A stretch of 64,000 nt of DNA from Candidatus Woesearchaeota archaeon (GCA_964366325.1 CAYITD010000001.1:119634-183633); one strand, 5' to 3'; shown: positions 9,058 through 18,752, counted from the stretch's first letter. Translations and numbers: made by a program. The notes: generated from the letters alone by a model not told the origin.

Positions 9058-9762
9058 ATGGCTTGCTTTTCTCTTTATTTTTTGATGAAGAAAATAGTGA
9101 TCTCTTTAGGAGGTTCGTTAATTTGCCCCAAAGAAATAGATGTTAATTTTATCAATAATTTCAAAGAATTATTAGAATCTTATTCTAAAGAAAAAATTTT
9201 ATTTGTTGTTGTTTGCGGTGGAGGTTATATTGCAAGAAGTTATCAAGAGTCAGCAAATATAATTACTAAATTGGACAGCGAAAATAAGGACTGGTTAGGG
9301 ATCCAAGCTACCAAAATTAATGCTTTGCTCATAAAATCTGTATTTAAAGAAGAATTGGTTCATGGAGAAGTCATAGAAGATCCAACTTTAAAAATTGAAA
9401 CAGATAAGCAAATAATAATCTGTTCTGGCTGGAAGCCAGGATGGAGTACAGATTATGTAGCGGTAAAAATGGCTTTGAACTTTAAAGCTGATAAAATAAT
9501 AAACCTGAGCAACATTGACTATGTTTACAGTGCCGACCCTAAAAAGAATTCAAAGACTATAAAATATAAGAAATTAAATTGGAAAGCGTATCTAAGTCTA
9601 ATAGATAACAAGTGGAGTCCAGGAATGAATTCACCATTTGATCCTATAGCCTCGCAATTAGCGGAAAAAGAAAAATTAGAAGTAAATATAATTGGGAAAG
9701 ATCTGGAAAATTTAAAGAATTTAATTAACGGAAATAATTTTGAAGGAACTATAATAGGTTAG
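9058..9762 (+). CDS. pyrH: UMP kinase, copy 1 (start probably 9085)
   Basis: VISLGGS, VCGGGYIAR, PGWSTDYVA, VYSADPKK, PFDPIA. Confidence 0.9.
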   Translation: MACFSLYFLMKKIVISLGGSLICPKEIDVNFINNFKELLESYSKEKILFVVVCGGGYIARSYQESANIITKLDSENKDWLGIQATKINALLIKSVFKEELVHGEVIEDPTLKIETDKQIIICSGWKPGWSTDYVAVKMALNFKADKIINLSNIDYVYSADPKKNSKTIKYKKLNWKAYLSLIDNKWSPGMNSPFDPIASQLAEKEKLEVNIIGKDLENLKNLINGNNFEGTIIG

Positions 9763-9767
9763 TCAAT

Positions 9768-10097
9768 TCAACCTTTCTTCACAACCGCAGCCGTTCCATA
9801 ACAAATAACTTCGGTTATTCCAGAAGCAATTTCCGTTGCATCATATCTAACGCCGACAATTGCATTAGCCCCTAGTTCTTCCGCATGAGCCATCATCATA
9901 CTAAATGATTCTTTTCTCGCTTGTTCACAAAGTTCCGTATAGAGTGTGATATTTCCTCCAAATAGAGACTGAATTCCAGCTCCAATGTTTCCTATTATAG
10001 AACGAGATCTAACAATAATTCCTCTGACAACGCCAAGGCTTTTTGTTATTTTGTATCCCTCCAATTGAAAAGTAGTTGAAGTCATTTCTAGTTTCAT
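9768..10097 (-). CDS. YbjQ/UPF0145 family protein
   Basis: [34 protein letters not shown]. Confidence 0.9.
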   Translation of the reverse strand: MKLEMTSTTFQLEGYKITKSLGVVRGIIVRSRSIIGNIGAGIQSLFGGNITLYTELCEQARKESFSMMMAHAEELGANAIVGVRYDATEIASGITEVICYGTAAVVKKG

Positions 10098-10121
10098 ATC
10101 TGATTAAAAAAGAGGTTTTAT

Positions 10122-10454
10122 TTAAATCTTCTTGATAGTTGGCTTTCTCAACAGATTTTTCATTTCTTCATCTATTAGAGGTTTTATTTTTTCTTTTGAA
10201 ACATCAATATCGGTGTATTTGTTTTTGAATTTATTCTCAATTTTGTTTTCTATTTCTTTTTTTAATAAATGGACATCTTCATAGTTCCAATTATATAGGC
10301 TACTTTTCTTTATGGCTTGTGATCTATATTCAATCTCTTCAAATTCTAAATGATTTATTGATTCTGGTTTTGAAGTTTTACTTACTAAAATCTTATGAAC
10401 AATAGTATTTGCAATAAGCTTGCTTAAAGAGTCTATAGTTTTATTTTTTCCCAT
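10122..10454 (-). CDS. Hypothetical protein, partner of the upstream nucleotidyltransferase
   Basis: Helical 110-aa ORF overlapping the end of 10433-11260. Confidence 0.55.
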   Translation of the reverse strand: MGKNKTIDSLSKLIANTIVHKILVSKTSKPESINHLEFEEIEYRSQAIKKSSLYNWNYEDVHLLKKEIENKIENKFKNKYTDIDVSKEKIKPLIDEEMKNLLRKPTIKKI

Positions 10455-11260
10455 TTTGCCTCTTTTATCTCTTGTTCGGTTTCTTTTAGAGATATTATTA
10501 AATAGTCTAAGGCTATTTTTCTCTCTGGTAAAGAAGCAGTGTTGCTTACTAATTTTGAAATTAAATATCTTCCAAGTTCTTTAGTTAATTCTGAAGAGAG
10601 CTTATAGTTATCAATAACTCCTCGCATTAGTAATTTTACAAGCCACAGATTTCTTATACATTCATAGATTTCTTTTCCATTGTTGATAATTAGAGGATCG
10701 CTCCAGTCCAATTTCATAAGTAGATCCAATTTTGAGAGCTCTATTTTTTTAGGAATTTTGGTATTGCCGTATATAATCTTATGATCCTTCAATTGGTAGA
10801 TTAATGATGGATTCTTTGAGTATGACTCTAAAAATATCTTTTTTGAAATTACTTGAATATCTAAATTTAATCCTGATCTTTTAGCTTTCTCTTCTAAATT
10901 AATTATACTATCTCTTCTCTCTTGAATTTCAGAAGATATTGCTTTTTTTGTTATAATAATAACATCAATATCTTTGTATTCTTTATAACTAGTTTGTATA
11001 GCTGAGCCGATTAATATTATCGATTCTATATTTTTTATATTTGAGAGAATAATATTTTTTATTTTATTTTCTATTGCTATATGTTGCGGATTGTAAGAGA
11101 GTCTCTTTAATAGATATTCTGCATTAATGTTTGCAATTTGCTTAAGCTTTGGCCTGATTGCCCTAGTCAAAATATTTGAGTCTAGTTGAGTAATTCTTCT
11201 ATTCTTGAGTTTTTTTTCTATAACTTCTATTTCTCTCTTTGTTAAGATTGGACTTTCCAT
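10433..11260 (-). CDS. Pol-beta-fold (MNT-like) nucleotidyltransferase domain protein
   Basis: LIGSAI...DVDVII motif; later LDIQV aspartate; N-terminal LTKREIEV HTH-like segment. Confidence 0.7.
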   Translation of the reverse strand: MESPILTKREIEVIEKKLKNRRITQLDSNILTRAIRPKLKQIANINAEYLLKRLSYNPQHIAIENKIKNIILSNIKNIESIILIGSAIQTSYKEYKDIDVIIITKKAISSEIQERRDSIINLEEKAKRSGLNLDIQVISKKIFLESYSKNPSLIYQLKDHKIIYGNTKIPKKIELSKLDLLMKLDWSDPLIINNGKEIYECIRNLWLVKLLMRGVIDNYKLSSELTKELGRYLISKLVSNTASLPERKIALDYLIISLKETEQEIKEAKWEKIKL

Positions 11261-11367
11261 ATAACCCTTTAAAGGATTAAGTATATAAATCTGCTGGATT
11301 GAATAATTTTCTTTTCCAAAAAATTCATTATAGCATAAGTATATAACTAAGTGAAATAGATAATACT

Positions 11368-11634
11368 ATGGAGTTAACACAAAAGGAAGTTAAATTTCTC
11401 ACTATGATGGATGAAACTCGATTATCTAATAAAAAAATGTTCAAAAGAGACTCAGAAGGATTTAGGAAATTATTTTCATTCACAGACAAGGAAATGAATG
11501 TTGCTGTAAAAAAGTTGGTAAAGAAAGGTTTCCTAAGTGAAATGGATCTTGGCTCAAATGAAGTAGTTTACTTTCACACAGACAAGGTTTCTAAAGGTAT
11601 TTTGGATACAAAGTTAAGCTCTGCTAGGCATTAA
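11368..11634 (+). CDS. Small winged-helix-like protein
   Basis: ELTQKEVKFL...AVKKLVKKGFL...YFHTDK pattern. Confidence 0.55.
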   Translation: MELTQKEVKFLTMMDETRLSNKKMFKRDSEGFRKLFSFTDKEMNVAVKKLVKKGFLSEMDLGSNEVVYFHTDKVSKGILDTKLSSARH

Positions 11635-11639
11635 TTATG

Positions 11640-11801
11640 TTAATTTTTCATAGACATTTTTTCTTTTAGTCTCTTCAAATTTATAGTTATTCTTTTTTTG
11701 CACACTGAACAACTTCCTAGAATATAAAATACATTTTCATGATCAACAATAATTTTTCTTTTAATCTCGCAATTGTTACAATTAAAGTTTATGTTTTTCA
11801 T
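11640..11801 (-). CDS. 53-aa Zn-ribbon protein (not in ORF track)
   Basis: Manual translation MKNINFNCNNCEIKRKIIVDHENVFYILGSCSVCKKRITINLKRLKEKMSMKN; two CxxC pairs. Confidence 0.55.
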   Translation of the reverse strand: MKNINFNCNNCEIKRKIIVDHENVFYILGSCSVCKKRITINLKRLKEKMSMKN

Positions 11802-11940
11802 AGTTATTTAAAGATTAAAATAGGGTTGCTAAAATAGTCTACCCCTAGAGAAGAAAACCTGCTATATAGACCTATGCTATTTCACCAAACTTTTCATATG
11901 TTTAAAAACCTTTAAAACCCTTAATTCTTAATCAATTTTA

Positions 11941-12023
11941 GCCCGGATGGCGCAGTGGTTACCGCGTAAGTTTGGAGAACTTATTTCCGCAAGGATTCGC
12001 AGGTTCAAATCCTGCTCCGGGCG
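11941..12023 (+). tRNA. tRNA-Ser(GGA)
   Basis: Acceptor GCCCGGA/TCCGGGC, anticodon arm TAAGT-TTGGAGA-ACTTA, long variable arm, GGTTCAAATCC T-arm, G discriminator; upstream TTTAAAA and downstream T-tract. Confidence 0.95.
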
Positions 12024-12096
12024 TTTTTTGTTTTTAGATTATGTACCTTAAACTCACTATAATAATACTTAAATAATCTGAAACTTAGAAAAAATC

Positions 12097-12396
12097 ATGA
12101 CGATAAACATCGAAGATGTAAATATTGAAATAGAAGGAAGAAGCAATGATTCTCCTCTAGAAGTAACTTTGTTTGAAGGAATTTTACCCAATCTTAGGTC
12201 TTCTTCTTACCCTTGTGCTTATGCGCAAGGTAAAGCGTCAGATAATCCAGGAATTACTGTTGTTGGCTATCCATATGAGAGAAATGGAAAATATCTTAGC
12301 ATGACTTCTGATAAAATTACTCAAGGTGAAACAACTAAATTAAGCGGGTGGCGTTTATACAATGGATCTATTCACAGCATTAGAAAATTAAGTTAA
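12097..12396 (+). CDS. Hypothetical protein
   Basis: 99-aa ORF downstream of the tRNA, preceded by TTAAATA. Confidence 0.55.
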   Translation: MTINIEDVNIEIEGRSNDSPLEVTLFEGILPNLRSSSYPCAYAQGKASDNPGITVVGYPYERNGKYLSMTSDKITQGETTKLSGWRLYNGSIHSIRKLS

Positions 12397-12404
12397 ACAG
12401 CAAA

Positions 12405-13094
12405 CTAACCTTCAATCACAGTACCTTTAAAATTTTCGCCTCTAAGGATTCCATCAAGATTTTTCATATCTCTTCCAATTATATAAGTCTTAATTTTATA
12501 CTTTCTTATAATCTCAGAAGCACTTTGATCTAAAACAAAATGCTGCCCAGCTTTGAATTTTATTCTTAAAGCTCTCTTTTCAAAATCTTTCCAAGGAATA
12601 TAAGGTATGAATTTTGCATTCTTATTAATTTCAGGATTTGAACTGTATAATCCATCCGTCTTAGTTATATTAATAAATTCTCCTTTAAGAAATTTGGCAA
12701 GCTTTGCAGCCGTTCCATCTGAAGTTGATTTTTCTGCATATCTCAAAGCACCACAAACTACAACCTTATTTTTCCAGAGATTATGTTTTACTTCTTCCAT
12801 ATCTAAAGGTAGTTTACCATTAGCCTCTTTGCCAAAAACTTTCATGATAAATTGAGCATTCGTTCTAGTGGCCATTATACCTGCCAAAGAGAGTTCCTTT
12901 TTCGATTTACCCTCTTTTTCCAATATAGAGATATATTTCCGAGCAAGGCTCCCGCCACCACAAACTACAACAAATTTATATTTTTTAGAGTGTTTTCTTA
13001 GTATTTTAATAAAATCATCCAGAAGTTTATAATTTGGTTTTCCATCAGGGATAATAACACTTCCTCCAAGACTTATCACCATTACATCTTTCAT
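12405..13094 (-). CDS. pyrH: UMP kinase, copy 2
   Basis: VISLGGS, VCGGGSLAR, STSDGTAA, GLYSSNP, FKGTVI. Confidence 0.85.
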   Translation of the reverse strand: MKDVMVISLGGSVIIPDGKPNYKLLDDFIKILRKHSKKYKFVVVCGGGSLARKYISILEKEGKSKKELSLAGIMATRTNAQFIMKVFGKEANGKLPLDMEEVKHNLWKNKVVVCGALRYAEKSTSDGTAAKLAKFLKGEFINITKTDGLYSSNPEINKNAKFIPYIPWKDFEKRALRIKFKAGQHFVLDQSASEIIRKYKIKTYIIGRDMKNLDGILRGENFKGTVIEG

Positions 13095-13142
13095 AGAATC
13101 ATAAACTAATCATTCTTTTTAAACATTCCAATGGCTTGAACT

Positions 13143-13760
13143 CTACTTAAAAATTTCACCATTTTCTTTGCTCCATAATAACAAATCTAATTCATCAGCA
13201 GGTATTCCGAGGTTTTTAGAAAACTCAAGGAATTTTTTTTCTTTATCAAAATAATCTTTTCTATTCTTTATCTTCTCTTCATCAATAACCCCAGACTCTT
13301 TTAAATTTTTTAAAATGTGTCTATCAAGTATAGCTATCTGGTTATTCGATTTACCGATATTCCTCAAAAAGTGTCCAGATTCTTTAAGACCATATCCGTT
13401 AACATTATCAGCCAACCAATTTCTTAATTCAACGATAAGTTTGCTATCCAATTTTTCAACAACTTCCACCCATTTTTCTTTTCCTTCTAATATTCTTTTA
13501 GTTTTTGTGTTATGGAATCTAGTCCTTGTTTTTAAAATTTCTAAAACATTTTCAAAGTTAACTTCCTTCAGTTTCTTTATTTCAAGTACTGCACCCCAAC
13601 ATCTCTGAGCATTGCTCTGTGGCGTCAGTAAGCAAAACATGAATTCATTAAATTGTTCTTGCTCGTTTTTATTTTTAAAATCTTCAAGCCTTTCTTTTAT
13701 TTCTTTTTTCTTTAAATCATAACTAGATAAAAAATCATTTTTCATAGGAAAACAGAACAA
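13143..13760 (-). CDS. ogg: 8-oxoguanine DNA glycosylase/AP lyase (Ogg2-type, HhH-GPD)
   Basis: FCLLTPQS, GYGLKESGHFLRNIG, AILDRHIL, LDLLLW, C-terminal K. Confidence 0.9.
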   Translation of the reverse strand: MFCFPMKNDFLSSYDLKKKEIKERLEDFKNKNEQEQFNEFMFCLLTPQSNAQRCWGAVLEIKKLKEVNFENVLEILKTRTRFHNTKTKRILEGKEKWVEVVEKLDSKLIVELRNWLADNVNGYGLKESGHFLRNIGKSNNQIAILDRHILKNLKESGVIDEEKIKNRKDYFDKEKKFLEFSKNLGIPADELDLLLWSKENGEIFK

Positions 13761-13779
13761 TTAACTTATTTATTCATTT

Positions 13780-14442
13780 CTATCTATATTTCTTATAATT
13801 CAGACAAAAGTTCTTATTGCCTTTTTTAAACTCTCGATGTACTTCATCTATAGCTCTTATTACGTCATTATAATCTTTAGCAAGGAAAAGGAGATCAAGG
13901 TCTTTTTTTTCAAAATATTTTCTCTTTAAAGGCCATCTCTTGAGCCATTTTATGAGGTCTGGCCACATATCACCCATTAAAATGATAGGTATATGGCAAA
14001 TCTTATTTGTTTGCACAAGTTGCCAAGTATAAAATAATTCCAGCAAAGTGCCAACCCCTCCATCAGCCACAACAACAGCGTTAGATAAAAGCATAAATTC
14101 ATCTAGTCTATTAGTAAATCTCATAAAGGTTTCTTGATAATCGAGACTTTTGTTAAATTTTTGCTCTTTTGGAAGTTTTATGCCTAAACCTATACTATGT
14201 GCATTCGTAATCTTACTTTCAGTCTTGTGTCCAGAATTCGCAGCCTCCATTAACCCTGGCCCACCGCCAGTTACAACATCTATCCCTCTCTCGGCTAGCA
14301 GTTTAGCTAATAAATAAACATTTTTATAGACCTTATCTTCCTTTTTTATTCTAGCAGAGCCAAATATAGCGACTCTGAAATGTTTAGGATCTAAAGATCC
14401 TATTAACCTTCTTTTTGTTTCCATTAACAACCAAGAAGTCAA
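13780..14442 (-). CDS. LOG-family (Rossmann-fold) nucleotide phosphoribohydrolase
   Basis: IFGSAR, TGGGPGLMEAAN, GGVGTLLELF. Confidence 0.85.
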   Translation of the reverse strand: MTSWLLMETKRRLIGSLDPKHFRVAIFGSARIKKEDKVYKNVYLLAKLLAERGIDVVTGGGPGLMEAANSGHKTESKITNAHSIGLGIKLPKEQKFNKSLDYQETFMRFTNRLDEFMLLSNAVVVADGGVGTLLELFYTWQLVQTNKICHIPIILMGDMWPDLIKWLKRWPLKRKYFEKKDLDLLFLAKDYNDVIRAIDEVHREFKKGNKNFCLNYKKYR

Positions 14443-14489
14443 GTATTTTTATATCTGATGTTTTGAGAGTTTGGTTTTAAGCAAGACTG

Positions 14490-15215
14490 TTATTCTTTAG
14501 CCTGATTCCACAGAATGTCAAAAATCAACTTCATTGTCTGAGCTACTTGCTCATTTTGTATTATGAATCCAACTGTTTCTTTTCTAATTGATAAGATTCC
14601 AACTTTCTTTCCATAAATGTAGATCATACATGGGAATTCTTTTAACAATGGAAGAAATCTTATTTTTGTAATCTTCTTATAAGCTTTTGTTTCGAATAAC
14701 CGGTTGCTATTTGGTTCTATAATTATCTTAGCAGGAATTTTCCTTTCTAGGCGAATTATTCTAGCATTTGCAGGTATGTGTAATAATTCCTCTATTTGAT
14801 GAGTTCCTCTGCCAAAGAAATATATCTGCTGTTTTTCCCTATAAATGTCCATATATATCGAGTGTAGACCTTTTAGTCCTTCAAACATTTCGATGTTAGA
14901 CGGCTCTATAACATTCTTTCTTAAATTTATTAAGTCAGGTATTACTTCATCTAATAATCTTTTTTTTCGGTCTACATCTTCACTTATTTTTTTCGGATCA
15001 CTAGCTTGATAGTGCGTAATTTTTTCTTTCAAGTAACTAGAGACTAAGCCTTTCCTTATGAGATATTTTAAGGTATTGTAAACAGTTGTTTTCGGATAGT
15101 CTGTTCTTCCAGATATTTTTTGAAGATTTGATTCTCCTAATTGTAAAATAATAAGATAAACTTCTATTTCTTTATTACTTAATCCATATTCTTTAAGAGC
15201 CATCTTTATATCCAT
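14490..15215 (-). CDS. TrmB-family transcriptional regulator
   Basis: YGLSNKEIEVY, TTVYNTLKYLIRKGLV wHTH; C-terminal IYGKKVGI...IFDILW domain. Confidence 0.85.
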   Translation of the reverse strand: MDIKMALKEYGLSNKEIEVYLIILQLGESNLQKISGRTDYPKTTVYNTLKYLIRKGLVSSYLKEKITHYQASDPKKISEDVDRKKRLLDEVIPDLINLRKNVIEPSNIEMFEGLKGLHSIYMDIYREKQQIYFFGRGTHQIEELLHIPANARIIRLERKIPAKIIIEPNSNRLFETKAYKKITKIRFLPLLKEFPCMIYIYGKKVGILSIRKETVGFIIQNEQVAQTMKLIFDILWNQAKE

Positions 15216-15255
15216 AAATTTTAGAGTCCTCAGAGGTTTATAATTTTATGCTCAG

Positions 15256-15275
15256 TATTCCATTTTGGTGGAATA
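15256..15275. promoter_or_regulatory. Putative operator palindrome between the TrmB-like gene and the oxidase
   Basis: TATTCCA-N6-TGGAATA perfect inverted repeat directly upstream of TTTATATA (15279-15286). Confidence 0.5.
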
Positions 15276-15285
15276 AGGTTTATAT

Positions 15286-16404
15286 ATGGAAATCAAGCGA
15301 AAATATATGAAAGATCTACCAAAAACAATTTCGGAATATGAAACTGAAGCATTAAGAAAAATGCCGCTAAAAGTAGCAGATTATGTAAGGAAAGCCGCAG
15401 GTTCAGGTAAAACTAATGAGAATAATATCTCAGCATTCGATAAATATTGTATTGTTCCCTCGGTTTTGAGAAATTTAGGAGAAGTAGATACTACCATTTC
15501 TGCAATAGGCAAAAAAATACAAACTCCAATTATGATTTCTCCAATAGCTTGGCAAGAGTTGTATTCTCCAGATAAAGAAAGTACTTCAGTTAATGCTGCT
15601 CAGCAATTTGGAACTAATATTGTTATCTCTTCATTTTCTACACAAGGATTTGAAGAAATTAAAAAAAATTGTGGGAATTTAAGTAATGTATGGTATCAAA
15701 CGCTTTGTCACAAAGATTTTAGAATTACAGAAAGATATATTTCTAAAGCAAAAGAGGCAGGAGTTTCTGCAATAGTGCTTCTCGTTGACGCTCCTTCAGG
15801 TTGCACAATGTGTAGCAAGAAGAAGAGCCCTATAACTGGAGGTAGCAGAATCTTTCCAGAAGTTAATAGCACTAGGTTACCCCTTCTTCCAATGAATGAG
15901 GGAGACAGTTTTAATTCCCTAGATCATTACTATACCGAAAATTTAGATTCAAGTAAGTTAAGCTGGGACAATATAGCGAATTTAGTAAATATAGCTGGAA
16001 TTCCAGTTTTTCTAAAAGGTATATTAAACGCTGGAGATGCTTACAAAGCTAGCAAAATTGGAGCTAAAGGAATAATAATTTCTAATCATGGCGGCAGACA
16101 GTTAGATAAGGCTATTCCAACACTTTTAGCCTTACAAAATATTAGAAAAAACAAAGATTATGGAGACATGCAAATATATTTAGATGGAGGTTTAAGATCC
16201 GGGCAAGATGTATTTATTGCGCTTGCTCTTGGGGCAGATGGAGTGTTTATAGGCAGGTCTTTTATTTACGGTCTAGTTGTTGGAGGTAAAGAAGGTATTG
16301 TATCTGTATTGGATATAATTAATAGAGAGTTAGCACATACAATGCAACAGGCTGGATGTAGCAAAATTAAAGATATAACAAATAATAACGTTCAAGTGAT
16401 TTAA
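15286..16404 (+). CDS. FMN-dependent alpha-hydroxy acid oxidase/dehydrogenase (start probably 15307)
   Basis: PIMISP, VFLKGIL, SNHGGRQLD, DGGLRSGQDVFIALALGA, GR. Confidence 0.9.
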   Translation: MEIKRKYMKDLPKTISEYETEALRKMPLKVADYVRKAAGSGKTNENNISAFDKYCIVPSVLRNLGEVDTTISAIGKKIQTPIMISPIAWQELYSPDKESTSVNAAQQFGTNIVISSFSTQGFEEIKKNCGNLSNVWYQTLCHKDFRITERYISKAKEAGVSAIVLLVDAPSGCTMCSKKKSPITGGSRIFPEVNSTRLPLLPMNEGDSFNSLDHYYTENLDSSKLSWDNIANLVNIAGIPVFLKGILNAGDAYKASKIGAKGIIISNHGGRQLDKAIPTLLALQNIRKNKDYGDMQIYLDGGLRSGQDVFIALALGADGVFIGRSFIYGLVVGGKEGIVSVLDIINRELAHTMQQAGCSKIKDITNNNVQVI

Positions 16405-16419
16405 CAAGTTAGCAAAATA

Positions 16420-17133
16420 TCAACGCCTCTGAAACGGATTCATTTTTTGTATTATGAATCTGCTTCCAACGAACTCTGAAACAACTGCAGTAACAAGCAG
16501 TCCTTGGTAAGTAGCTTTGAAAACTCCATATATCAGAGGAATTCTCGTTTTATCAGAAACATCTTTCATTATACTATCAATCTCTTCAGGACTCAAAAGG
16601 AACTCTATAGTTTCAAGTTTACCGCTTCTATTTATTATTAAATTTTTCATAGGTCCCGGGCATTCAACACTAATAACACTAGGGTCACTCACAACAACAG
16701 CCATTTTTCCCAAATTCAAAGCTGGTCCCTGAACAGCTTTTGCACCAAAAGGTTGTTGCAGCATTGGATTAGACATAGCAGGCATTTGCATGTTTTGCCT
16801 AGTCATTTGAGGAATAAGGGGTCTAGGCCTTAGAACATTTCTTCTTAAAGGGGAAATTAAACTTTTGAGTTCCTGTCTTTGTAGTTGTGGATGGACGATT
16901 TTAGTTTCAACATCATCATAAGTTTCCACTTGAGTTTTAATTCCTCCAATGCTTTTTCTTTCTAATATCATTTTTTTTCTTAACTCTTTCAACAAGTTAA
17001 TTTCTTTCAAGTCTTTTTCACTAGGTTTATAAGAATTCATTATAACTTCTTTTACGAAAGTTCTTAAAAAAACATCTCTTAACTCATATTTATTTTCTGA
17101 AGTCATTTTAGAAATGTGGCAACTGCTTTCCAA
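16420..17133 (-). CDS. Hypothetical protein; C-terminus resembles the N-domain of pilus-assembly ATPases
   Basis: Low-complexity P/Q/M linker followed by DPSVISVECPGP. Confidence 0.5.
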   Translation of the reverse strand: MESSCHISKMTSENKYELRDVFLRTFVKEVIMNSYKPSEKDLKEINLLKELRKKMILERKSIGGIKTQVETYDDVETKIVHPQLQRQELKSLISPLRRNVLRPRPLIPQMTRQNMQMPAMSNPMLQQPFGAKAVQGPALNLGKMAVVVSDPSVISVECPGPMKNLIINRSGKLETIEFLLSPEEIDSIMKDVSDKTRIPLIYGVFKATYQGLLVTAVVSEFVGSRFIIQKMNPFQRR

Positions 17134-17560
17134 CTGATTCAGCTTTTGGTTCCATACTTTCTTCTACGTTTTCCATTATACTTTGAGAAGGTTGGTTATA
17201 ATTAACTCTAGGTTCAGAATAAGGGATCCCGTACATTCTTTCCCTCAATCTCTCTTCCATCAAAGTCAAACCTTTAGCCAATGTTTTATTTTGATCCAAG
17301 AGCTTATCTATTTTATCCAAAAATTCCCTATCTTTTTCATATTCGCCTAGCGCGGCATTTTTAGTAAATGTTTTTGCAGTAGTTTCAAACAATGCAAGCA
17401 ATTGAGAAATTTCTTTAGACAAATGATCAAATCTTTCAATTAAGCCAGTATGTAATTTCTGTAAAGCTACAAAATTTTCAATTATCTTAGCATCTAAACT
17501 AGAACCACGAGCATAACTCTTCCTTCTAGAAGTAGATTTCTTCTTTCCCCTTTTCACCAT
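17108..17560 (-). CDS. Hypothetical coiled-coil protein
   Basis: IIENFVALQK...LLDQNKTLAKGLTLMEE; overlaps the downstream gene. Confidence 0.65.
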   Translation of the reverse strand: MVKRGKKKSTSRRKSYARGSSLDAKIIENFVALQKLHTGLIERFDHLSKEISQLLALFETTAKTFTKNAALGEYEKDREFLDKIDKLLDQNKTLAKGLTLMEERLRERMYGIPYSEPRVNYNQPSQSIMENVEESMEPKAESVGKQLPHF

Positions 17561-17621
17561 TTAAAGTACAGCTTAAATTAATTTATAAATGTTTTTAAAT
17601 GAAGTATTTTTTATTTAATAA

Positions 17622-17643
17622 GGGTGCGTAGTTCAATAGAATA
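17622..17643 (+). repeat. Degenerate tRNA 5'-end remnant; 10-nt direct repeat of the tRNA-Trp 5' end
   Basis: GGGTGCGTAG at 17622-17631 equals 18743-18752; followed by a GTTC-AATA-GAAT mini D-arm; TTTTTAAA 22 nt upstream. Confidence 0.6.
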
Positions 17644-17672
17644 ATATAAATAAATGCGTATCTTATTCAATT

Positions 17673-18752
17673 GTGTTATACGAAGAGGTTAAGGAAAGGA
17701 GAAGAAAATTAATAGATTTTATAAAGAAAAATCCAAAAACAACTCATAAAGAGATAAAAAACAAACTTCATTTAAAGGTAGAAAAAGTTTATTCTGGCGG
17801 AATGGAAGAAGCATTTAAAGAAGCGGGCGTTAGACCTCCGAGAACTTTTAAGATTAAAACAAAAGAAGAGAAGATAGACATTTTATTAAGCTATATTCGT
17901 AAAAATCCACTGGCTGGAGGGCACACGATAAGGAAGGATACCAAAATAAATTTTAGAACTCTTTTTAAAAATACAAAAGAACTTTTCGATTTAGCAGGAG
18001 TAGAGTACACAAGAGAAAAAAGAAGAAAGTTATTAAATAGAGATCCTGGAGACAGAAAAAAAGAAATTGTTGAATTAATTAGAAAAAACCCATTAATTAG
18101 TATAAGCGATATAGCTGCTCATACAAGGACTCACCCGTATAGAGTTTTTAAAAGCATTTCTGAAATCTACAAAGTTGCAAAAGTAGATTTTGTAGGTCGT
18201 TCAGAAAAGAGAAGACTGAAAAAGGCCGAGAAAATTTTGAATTTCATAAAGAAAAATCCTCTTGCTACGCAAAGAGAAATAAACAGGTCCTGTAAAACTC
18301 ATGTTCAAACAATATTCAAAAAAGGAATTTTTGAAGCTTATGAAAAGGCAGGAGTAGAGTTCCCATATCAACGAATTAATTTACATAGATCCTCGATAAA
18401 ATCAATTGGTCTGAGAGCAAAGAAATTTGAAGAAGAAATAGCGCTTAAGCTCTCAGGTTATGGAAAAGTCAATAGGCTGGTAAAAACAGGCAGAGGTTTT
18501 GCAGATATAGTTCTAGAAAGGAAAGATAGCAAAGCAGTATTGGAAATTAAGGATTACTTTGCGCATGAGATTTCTGTTTCTCAGGTAAAACAGCTTAACA
18601 AATATTTAGAGAACTCGGACTGTAAACTAGGATTCTTAATTTGCAGAAAAAAGCCTAAAAAAGATATATTTTTAATGGGTAATAATAAGATACATATATT
18701 GGAAGATTCGGAAATAAACAAAGTTCCAGTAATAATGGATTTGGGTGCGTAG
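17673..18752 (+). CDS. PD-(D/E)xK endonuclease with four N-terminal HTH-like repeats
   Basis: Four I(K/R)KNP...A(G/K)V repeats; C-terminal FEEEI...ADIVLE...LEIK...QVKQLNKY (Mrr-like); stop codon lies inside tRNA-Trp. Confidence 0.75.
   Translation: MLYEEVKERRRKLIDFIKKNPKTTHKEIKNKLHLKVEKVYSGGMEEAFKEAGVRPPRTFKIKTKEEKIDILLSYIRKNPLAGGHTIRKDTKINFRTLFKNTKELFDLAGVEYTREKRRKLLNRDPGDRKKEIVELIRKNPLISISDIAAHTRTHPYRVFKSISEIYKVAKVDFVGRSEKRRLKKAEKILNFIKKNPLATQREINRSCKTHVQTIFKKGIFEAYEKAGVEFPYQRINLHRSSIKSIGLRAKKFEEEIALKLSGYGKVNRLVKTGRGFADIVLERKDSKAVLEIKDYFAHEISVSQVKQLNKYLENSDCKLGFLICRKKPKKDIFLMGNNKIHILEDSEINKVPVIMDLGA

Noticed and set aside
17632..18752. Nuclease gene as a giant tRNA intron
   Set aside because: A complete tRNA already exists downstream without splicing, and I could not find a bulge-helix-bulge motif at the junctions.
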